Source of the DNA: Octopus vulgaris
Lineage: Eukaryota
DNA length: 64,000 bases
Assembly (NCBI GenBank): GCA_951406725.2
Contig: OX597821.1
Location: forward strand, 57,350,001 to 57,414,000
Direction of reading: 5' to 3'
A program made the translations under genes and the position numbers. Position 1 is the first letter of the stretch, and every line of letters begins with the position of its first letter. This document shows positions 42,183-56,659 of this stretch, piece after piece. The notes under the pieces are model-generated. The model ran no database searches and was not told the DNA's origin. It saw only the letters and a program-made list of their open reading frames with translations.

Positions 42183-42640
42183 GTAGGTATGTATATGAAT
42201 TCATTTTGTAAGTAAAGATATATGCTGATAGTGTGTTTAGTGAAAACTTTGAATTATAACGGAGAAGCAAACATTAAAAGAATTCATGGAATGAAGGTCA
42301 ACAAAATTTCTTGATGAAATTCTTCTCTCCTGTTCTAAAAACTTTTCTTCCAAATGTTAACCAACAGAGAATAATTGCATAATTAATGTAAAAACGGAGC
42401 TTTAAAAATGAAGCCTAAATGTAGGGGGGAGAGGATAGATTTTATTACTGGGTGTTTTACTGCTGAAAAAAAAAAAGAAAAACAAAAAAAAGGCAAAATA
42501 AAAAAAAAGCACATATGACAGTGACTTTGCAAAAGATTTGGCCGTTCCTTTGTTCCATTTATTGCTGGTTTGGTCTCATTTGGTGCACTTTTGACAGGGT
42601 TGATAGTAGGACTGATAGTCTGCGATAGAATATTTTATAT

Positions 42641-42690
<50 letters not shown>

Positions 42691-42906
42691 ATTGGTATGT
42701 ATATGTGTGTATACATATGTAAGCATGTGAGTGTGTATGTATGTGTTCTTATATATATATATATATATATATATATCTCATGTGATTGACCAGACTATCA
42801 GATGTAGTTATACATTGCTGGTCACAATGTGCTTTGCATTATCGTTTCAGGTCTTGAATGATATCTGCTGGCTTGGCTATCAGGCCAATATATATGTATA
42901 TATGTA

Positions 42907-42950
<44 letters not shown>

Positions 42951-45900
42951 CACATACAGCATGGCCACTGCCTGAAACAAAAAGTATGTATGTGTGTATG
43001 AAAGAGAGAGATACTGTGTTGGGGAGGAAGCATCTAACCCATGCAAGCATGAAAATGTAAATATGATGTGGGTGATGATGATGATGATAGTAAAAAAACG
43101 AAAATGAGCTAAGGGAGATAACTCAATGGCTAGAGATGTATTTAAACAACCAAGACAAATCGCTGCATATTAAACAAGATACACAAAGAAATTCTTAATT
43201 TATTGAAATTACCTCCCTTCCCAGGGAGGAGATACCAATCACTTGGTGCTTGTTGATACCAACTTCAATTTAGAAAGGAAGATAATTTCAAGAATTGAGA
43301 ATTCTCCAGAATTTTACTTGCCATTAAGGAAAAGCCAATTTGATTCTCTGAAGGCACGAGGGCAGCTGTGGACGCAGGTTTGTTTTACTTTGTTTCTGCG
43401 TTGCCCACACAGCAATTGTTTTACATTATCTTCAGCTGACAAGGTATGTGGACATATACAAAAAAAGAGCTGAATACATTAATGGCCCAGGTAATTTGCA
43501 TAATAAATGAAATGCAAATGAGCTGAAAGAAATAACTCAGATTGCCCTGTGGCATTTATTTAAACATCAAAGGTGACTATGAGGACATTAGGTGACATGT
43601 AAAATAAATTCTTTCATCTTTTGTTCTTTTATTTGTTTCAGTCATTGGATTGTGGCCATGCTGGAGCACCACCTTGAAAAATTTTTAGTTCAACAAATTG
43701 ACCCCAGGGCTTTTTTTTTATTAAAAACAAAAAGTCTGGTACTTATTCTATTTGTCTCTTTTCCCAAATCAACAAGTCACAGGATGTAAACACACCAACA
43801 CCAGTTGTCAAGTGGTGGTGGGAGACAAACACACACGCATGTGCAACAGGTTTCTTTCAGTTTCTGTCTACCGTATCCACTCACAAGACTGTTTCACTTG
43901 AGGGCATAGTAAAAGATACTTGCCCAAGGTGCCATACAGTGGGACTGAACATGAAACTGTGTGGTTGAGAAGGAAACTTCTTACCACACAACCACACCTG
44001 CACTTATATGAGTTCTTGATTTTTTGAAATTATCTCTAATTTCCAGAGAGAATAATCCAGTTGTTTGATTATAATTGGTGTCAACTCCAAATGTGATGGG
44101 GCAATTAATCCCAAGAATCAAGGATTTTCTCCCAGACTGACATGCCATTACGGATAAAAGTCTGTAATTTTGAAAAAAAATGTATTGAGGGTAGGGGTTA
44201 ATTTTTGGTAAAGATATGGTTTTGAATGGACTGTTGAATATGTTATGGTAAGGCAAAGAGAGGAAAATCTGAGCACACGTTACCTATTTAACAGGAAATT
44301 TTACACACACACACACACACGTGTATGTATTCAACTGTTGATTTCTGAATTTGTCTATGTATACACAGAAAACCACTCTGATATGCAAACTCATGTATTA
44401 GTTCATATATGAAAGCCACATTCAGATGCATGCATGGGCATGCACACACACACACATATGCATGCACACAATTTTTAATAAGCGAGAGAAATATATATAT
44501 ATATAGAGAGAGAGGCTGTGCTGTGATGTGACCTGTGAAATTTTATTTTATTTGGTTTTTAAATTTGAATAATGTATAATAAATTAATACTAACTAATGA
44601 AAAGTATAATTAATCGTGAACAGGAGTAGTAGTGGGGAGCATCATAGCCATGTGTTGACAGGGATTCTTTTGGGGGTTTGAATAATTCACCTTTGGAAAC
44701 AGCGTTGTTTTGTTCATCAACCTTAAACAAACCTTATTCAGGGACCTTTTGATCAAGATGAGCAACTCGACCTGAAGAAAATGCCCCACCTGCAAGGTCA
44801 TATGCTGTGTTTATCTTGATATAAGGTCACCATGTCACGCACATATGGTTGTGATGCATGTGCCCAGTGTACCTTATCAGACAGGTAGTCATGGTGGGTA
44901 TATTGGGCTTTGTGTATTTGTACCCCAGCATCACTTTGATGGCATGCACTGCTCTCTTATTCAATAGTAATAATAATAATTACAACAATCTGTAGTCCTT
45001 TTCAATGACTCTGGCTGTGACATATATTAAACGGTGAAGACAACTAGAAATCATGTATTTTTGGGTTGAGTTCTTGTGGAAATCTACTTCTATGTTAGGT
45101 TTGCGATTATTCTTTTATACAGATCCTTGCCCTCCAAACCAAGGAGCTGCATCCCTATGTCCATCTCCGTATTCCTTTACATTTGGTCCATTCAACAGTG
45201 CATCATCCAAGCGACTTTTCTCACAAGACAGAAATATCCTGTTTTTTAGGTTTTTTTTTTTCCTAAAATATTTTTAGTATTTTTTTTTTCCTTTTTATTT
45301 TCAACCTGACTGGTGGAAATGTTCATTCGGGACTGTTAATTTTTTTTTTTTTACATATAAGATTTTAAAATATTTTAATTTAATTTAATTCTATGTTATT
45401 TTTCTTCAACTTGAATTTTTTTTAGATGTTTTAGCAATATCTTCTGGGTACAGGGTGGGCACAAGATCATCCAACCAGAAGGATAAATCATCCAAAAAGA
45501 AAAGAAAAAAACATAAAATAAAATAAAAAGTAATTAAAAAATAAATATAAACTGGATGTATATAATTGAAATACACAGATACCAAATTAGGCATTAAAGA
45601 TGATGAAAATGACAAAATGAAAAAAATTATAAATTAATTAATAAGAATTATTTCATAACAGAAATTAAGCTTTACATCTTTTTGTGGAAAAAAAAGATTA
45701 TTGAATAAAATTGATTTATGTTTTAAATATTTTTACTTGTTTGTTGTTTCTATTTATTTATTTTCTAATAATTTATTCAGAGGTGGTAGGGCAGCATTTG
45801 TGACCCATTGTTTCAAGGCCTCAGAAACTGAGCTACATCCAGGGGGAGTGGTAACATTCATGACGTTTTTGAGGGTCTTTCCAATTGGTTGGAGAGAGGG

Positions 45901-48230
45901 TAGTATCCATGACCCTTTTGAGCATCACAGAGGAAAAGGGCAGGTGGCATTCAAGACCCTTTTGAAGGTCTTTGAGATTGGTTAGAGGGAGTTTGGTATC
46001 CATGACTCTCACCATTCTCAAATAGCCTCAAGAGACTCACCAATGCTACCCTCCCACTCATCACTCTCAAAGACCCCCAGAAAGGTCCTGAATGCTATTT
46101 GCCCTTTCTCTCACCAGAGAAGGGGAGAAAGAGACAACAAAAGGGATATTAGAACGTTTGACATCAAGAAAGTCAACATTGAATCAGCCATGCCTAATAG
46201 GCAGCATCAAAAACTCTGCCAAAACATCTCATACCCTCTGCAATTGCAGAGTTAATTAGGTGATTATAAGTTGAGGATTTTGGAAGGAATTTATTTTAAT
46301 TTCTACATGTGCACACGTTCCTATAATGCCCACATTTGCATATGTCTGTTGGTCCAAAGTAACATATCAAAATATCATTAACACAACCCACACTTGAAAC
46401 CGAATCAAAGAAACATTTATAAAAACCATAGTTCACAAAGCCTCCAAAATAAAGGTAAAATTTTCTAATAGTAATCACCTAAAATGAAGAGCAATTAACA
46501 GAGATCAATGAAATAAGCGTCACTAAAATAAGGACTGGAGTTGATATAATCAATAACAGCCGTTAGGTTGTTGAACGTTTCCCCAAGAAAACTTTTGAGG
46601 GCTACAAATTAGTAAGAAAAGTGCAGACAGCATTCAAGACCCTGAAATGGGTCTTTGAGATTGGTGAGAGTCCTTTGACAAAGGTGAAAACCATGGATGC
46701 TAGCATTTAATAAAACAGATGAAAGAAATGTGCCGATGACTTTTGCAGTCATTACACCCTTACACTATTGAAATCATAGTGGCTGATACTCTGTCTGAAT
46801 ATCATTAGTACTTTAAATCAATGTCTATAGCAGTTATCAGTTGGGGTCCACATGACCCTAGGAGGGAGCCCATGTCAGATGTTTTTTAAATTTATCTGCA
46901 ATAAATTGCTTATGTTTCTACAATGCACAAAATATTGTTTTAAATACAATTCTGAATAAAATCTAATTATATAAAAAAAATATAATAGATTTTTAAAACA
47001 TCAAATGGGTGGGGGTGGGGGTTCCATCCAAGTAAAATGGGAACCAAAGAGGATCCATTGGCAAAAAATGGTTTGCTGTGAAGAAGAGGAAACATAAGAT
47101 GAGTTAAGTAGGGCCCTTCATCAAATTCAGAAAATAATTTCATTAAGCATTATGAGACAAATGCTTTTGATTATTTGTCTGTTGAATACAATTTGTCCTG
47201 AGATATTAAATAGCAAAACAAAACAAAAAAAAACCCAGCAAAATACCATTGATTTACAAATAACTGGTTCATATGAGACCCACAGTCAAATCTCAAGCAC
47301 CAAACACCTGTATGCCTCTACCTTACTGCAGGGGTCTTATTATCAAGACATGGTGCTCTCCAGATTACATCTTATATGTCCATTAAAAGAAGGTAAAGAA
47401 TAATTTTGAAATTGGTATTGAACAGAGCCTTGTAAAAGAACAAGACAAGCAAAAATTTATGTATTTGGAGAATCTCATAAGAGCAAATTGTGTATAAAAC
47501 TTATTGGTTATTGGAAAACGTCCAAGGGGAAGACAGAAACATTACAATTGGTAACATTATGGAGCTAATAGAACAGGAGAAGATAGATGAATGGTAAAAA
47601 ATGTCTACACTAGCCACCCACACATCAAGAGTGGGTGGTTACTAATGTAGCTTGAAAAACTGTCTGCTATTTCTAGCAGGTCAAGTGACCACATGCAGGC
47701 CGTTCTGCTTCTATGTAAAGAAATGACAGACAATATCAGTATGACTCATTAGTAATTTCACAGATTGCCAACTCATTGATACACTCGCTTCACAGTTGGA
47801 ATTCAATTGATTTTGGAAAGGTGCAAACGTATCAATTATATTGTTACTATTTTCATTCATTAGACTGTAGCCATGCAGGGAAACCTTCAACAACCTAAGG
47901 GCCGTTATCGATTATATCAACTCCACTCCTTATTTTAGTGACGTTTATTTTATTGATCTCTGTTAATTGTTCTTCGTTTTACTTGATTACTATTAGAAAA
48001 TTTTACTGTTATGTTTTGGAGGCGTAAACTTTGTAAACTATGGTTTTTATAAATGTTTCTTCGATTCGGTTTCAAGTGTGGGTTTTCTTAATGATATTTT
48101 GATATGTTACTTTGGACCCACGAACATACGTAAATGTGGGCATTATAGAAACGTGTGCACATGTAGAAATAAAAAATAAATTCCTTCCAAAATCCTCAAT
48201 TTATAAACACCTAATTAACTCCTAGTTAGA

Positions 48231-48835
48231 AATCTGCTATTCAACTAATCTTTCTCCAACCTACATCCTTTTGTGAGCCCCAAAGCACAAGATAACCAAA
48301 TTTCCATACAAAAGCACCATGACCTGAAGCTGACACACGTAATTACAAAGTCTTACAAGCTTGATTGAACTCTGAACAATATCTTCCACCTTACGAAACA
48401 AACAAGTTAAATCTTGTAAATAGTATTAAAATAGCACCAACAATAAGCAAAAATATCTGCTGACTTAACTAAACTTTCCGTCTATTCACATTCTTTTGTG
48501 AACACTTAAGACACGTGATAACCGAAATTCTAACCGAAAAACTAAAACTCCAGAATACAAAATCGACGCATCTAAGTAAACACACGTAATTACGAAGTTT
48601 TATAAATTAGATTAAACTCCTAACAATAAACCTCCATCTTTCCAAAGCAAACAAGTCAGTGTTCAGATAGCATCAACAGCGATTAAACTTAGCTACACAT
48701 CTGTCGACCAACTAACTTTTTCCCTAATCTACATTCTTTTATGAACCCTAAAATATGACCCCCAAGACCCGAAGCTGACACACCTAAATATACACTCGAT
48801 TACAGTTTTATACGCAGCACTGAACTCTAAGCAAC
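48231..48835. repeat. Three diverged tandem units of about 225-245 bp
   Basis: atctg...aactaa...acattcttttgtgaa...gaagctgacacac...attac recurs at about 48231, 48455 and 48699. Confidence 0.65.
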
Positions 48836-50414
48836 ACAACACCAACTTTAATTACAGCTGTCTCTAGTATCTTTCCACCAGAGATTACCCTACAACCTAA
48901 TTATTATTCAAGAGCTCCACGTACAGGCCCCACCCTACCAAAAAAACTTGCTAGAGAGTATATAAAGCCAATATGAACTCAAATATATCACAAACCAATG
49001 AAGGCTAAGCGATCCGAAGCTTCGAAGTCACTATCAACACTATTCTTTTAAAATAATAATATATACACACACATAGTTGTAGCAATTATTACTTCATGTC
49101 TGGTTATTCGAATTTCGCACACTTCTGATCATCAGACTAACACTTGACATCCAATCTAATAATCGGAAACGTGATGAGAATAACAAGACTTGAAATAGTC
49201 AGCGATTACGACCAGAAATAATTCTCTGACTAGAACATCAGTCCTGTTCTACGCTCGTCTGTTCTACTTATGTGTTGAACGTACACTCAAACACATACAC
49301 ACACATGTACATACACACATACTTACAGGCATGTATACACACACATGCACTCATATAAATGTGTGTGTGTGTAAAAATCCCACAAATACGAGTAAAATTT
49401 GAGGTAGAGGAGAGTAACAAAAATTACTGCGCGGATTCAGACAAATGAATGCATTTGCCTGAAAAAGCGTAGACATATAAAGCGAAACAATAGCAAAGAA
49501 GTGTACAATATACAAAGGGAAGAAACAGAAGAAAATCTGACGTTTCGGATGAGGTTCTTTGTCAAAGAGAGATAAAAGAACAGGAAAAGAAATTGAAAGG
49601 CAAGAAAAAGAGAAAATTATACATGCTACTGTTCACACGACAGACCTCAGGTAATAAGGAAATTAACAGGAAAGACGGCGAGTGGAAGTGGGGACACAAT
49701 CTGGGTCACAATAAGGTTACATTTGAGAATGATGGATGGAGAGGGAGAGTAAGTAGGAAGTGTGAGAGTGAAGGAGAGAAAGCGATAAAGGGAGAGGGGT
49801 TCGAGGAAAGAATGGAGTTGAAGAGAAAAGGAGGGAAGAGCGATAGAGGGTAAGTGGAGAGTTCACGATGTCGGTGTTTGTATGTGTTTGTGTACGTAGA
49901 GGTATAGTATATGTGGGTGGTAAAAGAGAGATCTATATGCGCAATGTATTTGTAGGGTGTGTTGTAGCATTGAGGTATTTGTGAGAAGTAATATACATAT
50001 ATGTATGCGTGTATATGTGTATGTACGACTGCATGTGTGTATGCATATCACCTCTCACACATTCCTCCATAAATAAATAAATAATCTACTCAGAAGGTCT
50101 TGACCGACTCGACGCCATTATAAAAGATACTTGCACAAGGTACCACGCAGCAGGACTGAATCTGGAACCATCTGGCTGGGAAGCAAACCACTTATCTGTG
50201 TTTGCGCGCTCATGTATGTGTATCTATATATATATATTTCTTTACTACCCACAAGGGGCTATACATAGAGGGGACAAACAAGGACAGACAAAGGGATTAA
50301 GTCGATTACATTGACCCCAGTACATAACCGGTACTTTATTTATCGACCCCGAGAGGATGAAAGGCAAAGTCGACCTCGGCGGAATTTGAACTCAGCACGT
50401 AACGACAGACGAAA

Positions 50415-50451
<37 letters not shown>

Positions 50452-50822
50452 TCTCTTTACTCTTTTACTTGTTTCAGTCATTTGACTGCGGCCATGCTGG
50501 AGCACTGCTTTTAGTACTTATTCTATCGGTCTCTTTTTGCCGAACCGCTAAGTGACGGGGACGTAAACACACCAGCATCGGTTGTCAAGCAATGCTAGGG
50601 GGACAAACACAGACACACAAACACACACACACATATATATATATATACATATATACGACAGGCTTCTTTCAGTTTCCGTCTACCAAATCCACTCACAAGG
50701 CATTGGTCGGCCCGGGGCTATAGCAGAAGACACTTGCCCAAGATGCCACGCAGTGGGACTGAACCCGGAACCATGTGGTTGGTTAGCAAGCTACTTACCA
50801 CACAGCCACCCCCGCGCCTATA

Positions 50823-50891
<69 letters not shown>

Positions 50892-51041
50892 GTATGTATA
50901 TATGCAGAGGAGTGGCTGTGTGGTAAGAAGCTTGCTTCCCAATCACATGGTTCCAGGTCTTCTACTATAACCTCGAGCCGACCAAAGCCTTATGACCTGA
51001 TTTGGTTGACGAAAACTGAAAGAAGTCCGTCATATATATAT

Positions 51042-51094
<53 letters not shown>

Positions 51095-51666
51095 AAGTAT
51101 AAGGAAAGGAAAAATTGTTGCTGTAGGCTATCTTTAATTCAGTGTCCAGGTTGGTACAGAACCAATATACATTCTACAAATTGTTTTAGAGACTAATTAA
51201 TTCCAAAGACAAAGACGAAAAACTCACCATGAAATACAAATTAGATTCTTCGTCAGGAATTACAGGCTGGTATGAATAATTATGACCAGCAAAAATATAT
51301 AAAGACCTTTCATAGCCCAGACGGGAACCAACAAATAATAATTATCTGTTCGTTCCCGTCTGGGCTAAGAAAGGTCTTTATATATTTTTGTTGGTCGTAA
51401 AATCTAATTTGTATTTCATGGTGAGTTTTTCATCTTTGTCTTTGGAATTAATTAGACTCCGAAACAATTCGTGGAATGTATATTGGCTCTGTACCAACCT
51501 GGACACTGAATTAAAGATCGTTTACGCCTACAACTTTTCCTTTCCGTATACTTTATTTATTGTTTTTGAAAATACTCAATATATATTTTTATATATATTT
51601 TCTTTGCTTGGACTGTACCGGCGGACTTGTTTGTTTGACATCCCTTTGAAGGATTTCCGTTCTCAC

Positions 51667-51704
<38 letters not shown>

Positions 51705-52070
51705 AAATAAGAAAATGGAGAAATACATCGAAATCAAATATCAATTACCAGATAATACTCAATCACATACTTTATTAAACCACTACATAAGAAACTATAA
51801 GGTTAAACATAATAATGCCGGGTAAAGCAGTGTACGTGAAGGAGTGTACATAAAATAGTAATGTTATACAATAAGTAGAATACGTATAATAGAACATAAA
51901 TATAAGTACACATAAATATAAATATAGACTATATCTTACAGCTGTTTCGGCCATGTAGATAAGCATGTCTCATTCTACTCATATTAGCCATTTATGGTAG
52001 GTCAATATGTAGTTATAAATGAGACATTTACAAAAACCCATGGTGGGTTGCATTTACAACCCCTATCTCA

Positions 52071-52122
<52 letters not shown>

Positions 52123-52442
52123 ATACATATATATATATATTATGCATGCATTTGTGTTTGTGTTTGTCTCACCCATCATCGCTTGACAACCGAAGTTGGT
52201 GTCTTTACGTCCTCGTGACTTAGCAGTTCGGCTAAAGGTACCGATAGAATAAGTACTAGGCTTACAAAGAATAAGTCCTGGGGTCGATTTGTTCGACTAA
52301 AAAGCCGGCGCTCCAGTATGGCTGCGGCCAAAGGACTGAAACCAATAAAAGATAAGAGAAAAGATATATATGCGCTGTCAGCCTCATTAGAAACCTCGGA
52401 AAAATAGTTTGCGCAATATACATTTATACATCCCTGGTGATT

Positions 52443-53810
52443 GCTTCATCTTCACAGATGATAGCCGTCCCATCAACACCACACTCCATCACACAGCACA
52501 CTCATTCCGTTGATGAGCCCTTAAATGACTTTTAAGACCAGCTGCTGACTGACAGAGTTTAAAACACAAGTGACAGATATTATTCAAGTTTCTTCTACAT
52601 CTTTGCCCTTTGGAATCTGATTCTGAAGGAATGCTTTTGTGAACTAGCATATGTCTTTTAAGTCCAGATATTGTCTTTCAATTTTTTTGACATAAGTTGT
52701 AAGAAACAAGTTGTAAGAGGAAGTCGGTGTCCAAGATCATTACCTATCTGGGAATTACGATTTTCATGTGGCTTCATATGGTTCACGTATCCTGCGTTTG
52801 ACAACAGAACACGGTCACATATAATACATATCCAATGTTCACTGTTGATTACAGTTCCAATTGTTCCTTTGCGACAGGTCCTTTTAAGTTCAGAGTGCTG
52901 AAACATCTTTTCCTCCCAGACATTGCAACCAGTCCTAACAACACCTCTCCATTTGTTCCGATCTAGAACATCATTTTCCTAATCACTTTTGATCATATCT
53001 AGCTTCTTCAGGCTTTCCTTCACGCAGTCTTTATACCTTTTTCTCGGCTTATGTTGTGGTCGCTTGCCAGAGTTGAGTTCACCATAAAAAATACGGCAAT
53101 CGGTCATCTTTCATTCTAATAACATGTCTTATCCATCCAATTTGAACCAAGATAAAATGTTGTTCAACTGAGCTGCAACCTGCCATGCGCAAAACTTCTC
53201 TGTATCTGGTATGAAACATCCCACTTGACTCCTAAGATATGTAAGAGGCACTTTTGATGAAATCTCTCCAGCATTTTTATATGACGCTTGTAAGTAGTTC
53301 TTGTCTCATTTGAATAAAGAAGTGTAAACAATACACATGTTTTATAGACACTGATTTTTGTCTACAGGGAAATACCTCTATCCACCCATACTCACTTTTC
53401 GAGCTTTCCAAATGCAACACTTCCCTTCCCTATTCGATAGCATATCTCTGCATCAAAACCACCATCTCTTGACAGTGTGCTTCCAAGGTAAACAAAAGTG
53501 TCAACGTCTTCTAACACTGTTCCATTCACAAAAATGTTTGGTTCAGAATATGTTTGTCCTGGTACAAGAGTAAACATTACTTTGGCTTCCCCCAGATTAA
53601 TTGTGAGTCTGAAATGTACACATGCAGTGGAAAATCTGTCCATTAAATGTTGTATATCTCCGTCTGAGAGTGTCAACAAATCAGCATCATCAGCATAAAG
53701 TAATTCTCTAACAAGTGTTTTGAAAGTCTTTGCTTTGCAGTTAAGCCGGGTCAAATTAAAAATGTGACCAGATGTCCGAAATCTGATTCCGATTCCTCTG
53801 TTCCATAACC
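52443..53810 (-). mobile_element. RTE-clade LINE, 5'-truncated, with stops and frameshifts
   Basis: RELLYADDADL (RT catalytic YADD), VDTFVYLGSTLSRDG..DAEICYRIGK, C-terminal CIICDRVLLSNAGYVNHMKPH. Confidence 0.9.
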
Positions 53811-53849
53811 GGAACTGTAAAAGTCTGTAAAACTTTCCAGAAGTTTATC

Positions 53850-53897
<48 letters not shown>

Positions 53898-54789
53898 ATA
53901 TATGAGCATGTCTAGATATGCAGCTATATGCATGAGAATACATACATAAAACAAACAAATCTATACATACATACATACATACATACATACAAAAACACCC
54001 AGTTGTTGATGTTGAAATTCCAATGAAAGAACCTTGGATCTAGGTTAGAAACCGGTTCTTTCTCTATTGGCAAGAAATCTTGAAATAAACTGAATAATGA
54101 CATACATAAATTATATATATATAAATTTCGTTGTGCAATATCCTATGATCTCGTTTATTAATTATATTTTCTTTATTATAGTACAGATTTAATCATGACT
54201 TCTGGCAACGCTACGTATTATGTTGTTGTTGCTGCTGATGATGATTTAGACAGTATGAAAGATAGTTACAACTCTGATTCTGTGATAATGAAAACGACGA
54301 TAATGTTGATAATACTGTTGTTGTAAGTTCATACTTACAGTAGAATAATGGTAAATTGTTTAAAGAAAGCAGTTTGTTCTCTTATGTCGTGTTATAAATC
54401 TAAAGACTCCATCTCTGTCTCATAACATCTCTCTCCTCCTTTCCTCTCTCTTTCTTTCTCTCTCTCTCCATTGCAGTAGCAACAACCAATAAGTTGTTTA
54501 AATATCTCTTTCTTTATCTTCAATAATGATTATATTCATATCTAGGACGCTTTGTAGGAATATATTGTTGTCTCCTCGTTGTTTCGCTCCAGCCTTTCCC
54601 ATCATGCTATACATCCTCCCAGAACACCCTCCCCCACCTCATGCCAATGGCGCCTCTCCCCTCCACTATGTTCGGTTGTTTGGTTCCAAGACATGTTCAA
54701 TGAAATTAGTCAACAACACATTTGACCGGTCTTTTGTTAGCAGATATTCAACTCATCAATTATTTAGTTCACTATTGCAGGTGTTTTCT

Positions 54790-54793
54790 GTTG

Positions 54794-54824
<31 letters not shown>

Positions 54825-54998
54825 TGTAGAGAGAGAGAGTGTGTGTGTAGAGAGAGAGAAAGAGAGAGAAAGATTGAGAGGGAGATAGACAGATAGATGA
54901 TAGATAGATGATAGAGTGGGAGAAGGGGGAAAGATTGAGAGGAAAAGGAGGGAGGAAGAGAAGATAGATAGAGAGAGAGTGTGTGTGTGTGTGGGTGT

Positions 54999-55029
<31 letters not shown>

Positions 55030-55165
55030 CTGAGAAAGCTTGAGAAGGAGGAAGACAGATAGATAGATAGATAGATAGATGATAGAGGGGGAGAACGAGG
55101 AAAGATTGAGAGGGAGAGAGAGAAAGAGAGAGGGAGAAAGAGGGAAAGAGAGGGAGGAAGAGTGG

Positions 55166-55204
<39 letters not shown>

Positions 55205-55205
55205 A
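54790..55205. repeat. Compound (GA)n/(GATA)n purine-rich microsatellite
   Basis: Direct inspection. Confidence 0.9.
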
Positions 55206-55689
55206 GGAATGGTACTCCATAAGAGTTCCAGAAGCTTGATAATGTGAACGTCGTACTTATGTGAAGGGGAAATAAACATCAGAGATGCTTTTGTCCCGTG
55301 TAGAAACTACAGGAGCAGCTCAGAGGTTTTGCAAGCTCTCCTTCTAAATCCATTGCAATGCTGGAAACCCTTCCGTATCTCAGGTCCATTTCTATGATAT
55401 GCATTATTAGAGCGGATTCGAACTCAAAACTTGATTTTGTGCGTTCAGCTTTTGCCGAGCACCCTGCATAAATGATTCGCTTTGATAGTGATCAAATGTT
55501 CGCGTCGCACATTAGTTCGCTCTCTCCAATCAAATCGACGCTGTCTGAACAGAAGCATGGTGTGCCACGCACCATGTGTCGAAGTGGTAGCAGAGCAAAG
55601 CGAGATGAAGTGTTTTGCTCAAGAATACAGTGATCGTGAGGACGACACCCTAACAACTAAGCCATGTGTTTTCATAATAATAATAATAA

Positions 55690-56564
55690 AGGAAGAAGGT
55701 CAGGCTTGTGTAGGTTGAAAGATTGCAAAGATAAAGCACTATACAAGAAATTGAAAACGAATGACACTGAAAATAGGTGGATAAAGAAAAGAATGCATGG
55801 ACAGTTTCACTGGGATGTTGAAAATATGACAGACAGAGAAAAAACATGGCTGTGGATGACTAAAAATGATTTAAAACCGGAAACGGATGGTTTAATCTGT
55901 GCTGCCCATGAGCTAGTACTAAAAGCAAACATCATAAAATACAGAATATAAAACACATCAGAAAGTGATAAGTGCAGAATCTGTGGACAAAACGGTGAAA
56001 CCGTTACGCCACTAGTCCAGAAGGAATATAAGAGACGCCACGACAATATAGCCAGGCTTGTTCATTGGACAATTTGCAACAAGTATGGACTTGACAGAGC
56101 AAAGCATTGGTACGACCACAAACCTGAAGGCATCGTCGAAAATGGAAATACAAAGATCCTAAAGGGTTTTATGATTCAGTGCAACCATGAGATAGAGAAT
56201 AGGAAGCCGGAAGTCTTAATTGAGAAAAAAAAACAAATTATACTGGATCATAACATGCCCAGCTGACAAAAAGATATGCGATAAGGAAGAAAGAAAAGTT
56301 GAGAGATATGACAGGTTAGCTTGGGAAGTTAAACAGTTGTGGTCGATGGAAAAGGTAGCAGTAGTACCAATAATTGTCGGAGCCCTGGGAACAGTGAGCA
56401 AAAATCTCGAGAAGTACGTTGGACAAATAGGGGCTGCAATAGAAAACAGCACTGTTTGGAACCGCTCGAATACTCCCGAAGGTGCTCGAAAAATAAGGTG
56501 TTACATTTGTTCACTGGTAGTGAACAGCTGACACCGTAGACAGCGTTAGAAGCTGTGCAAAGGC

Positions 56565-56565
<1 letters not shown>
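55690..56565 (+). mobile_element. 5'-truncated R4/Dong-type LINE (CCHC plus restriction-like endonuclease region), flanked by (TAA)n
   Basis: WIKKRMHGQF...LKPETDGLICAAHE, KCRICG, YKRRHDNIARLVHW, KEERKVERYDRLAWEVKQLW..VVPIIVGALG. Confidence 0.85.
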
Positions 56566-56637
<72 letters not shown>

Positions 56638-56650
56638 TAATAATAATAAT
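56565..56650. repeat. (TAA)n microsatellite (Dong tail/target)
   Basis: Direct inspection; also at 55675, 56870 and 61686-61729. Confidence 0.9.
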
Positions 56651-56659
56651 AACAACAAC

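Noticed and set aside
42400-44600. Poly(A) site assignment
   Set aside because: Several AATAAA hexamers in AT-rich DNA; one cannot be chosen without transcript data.
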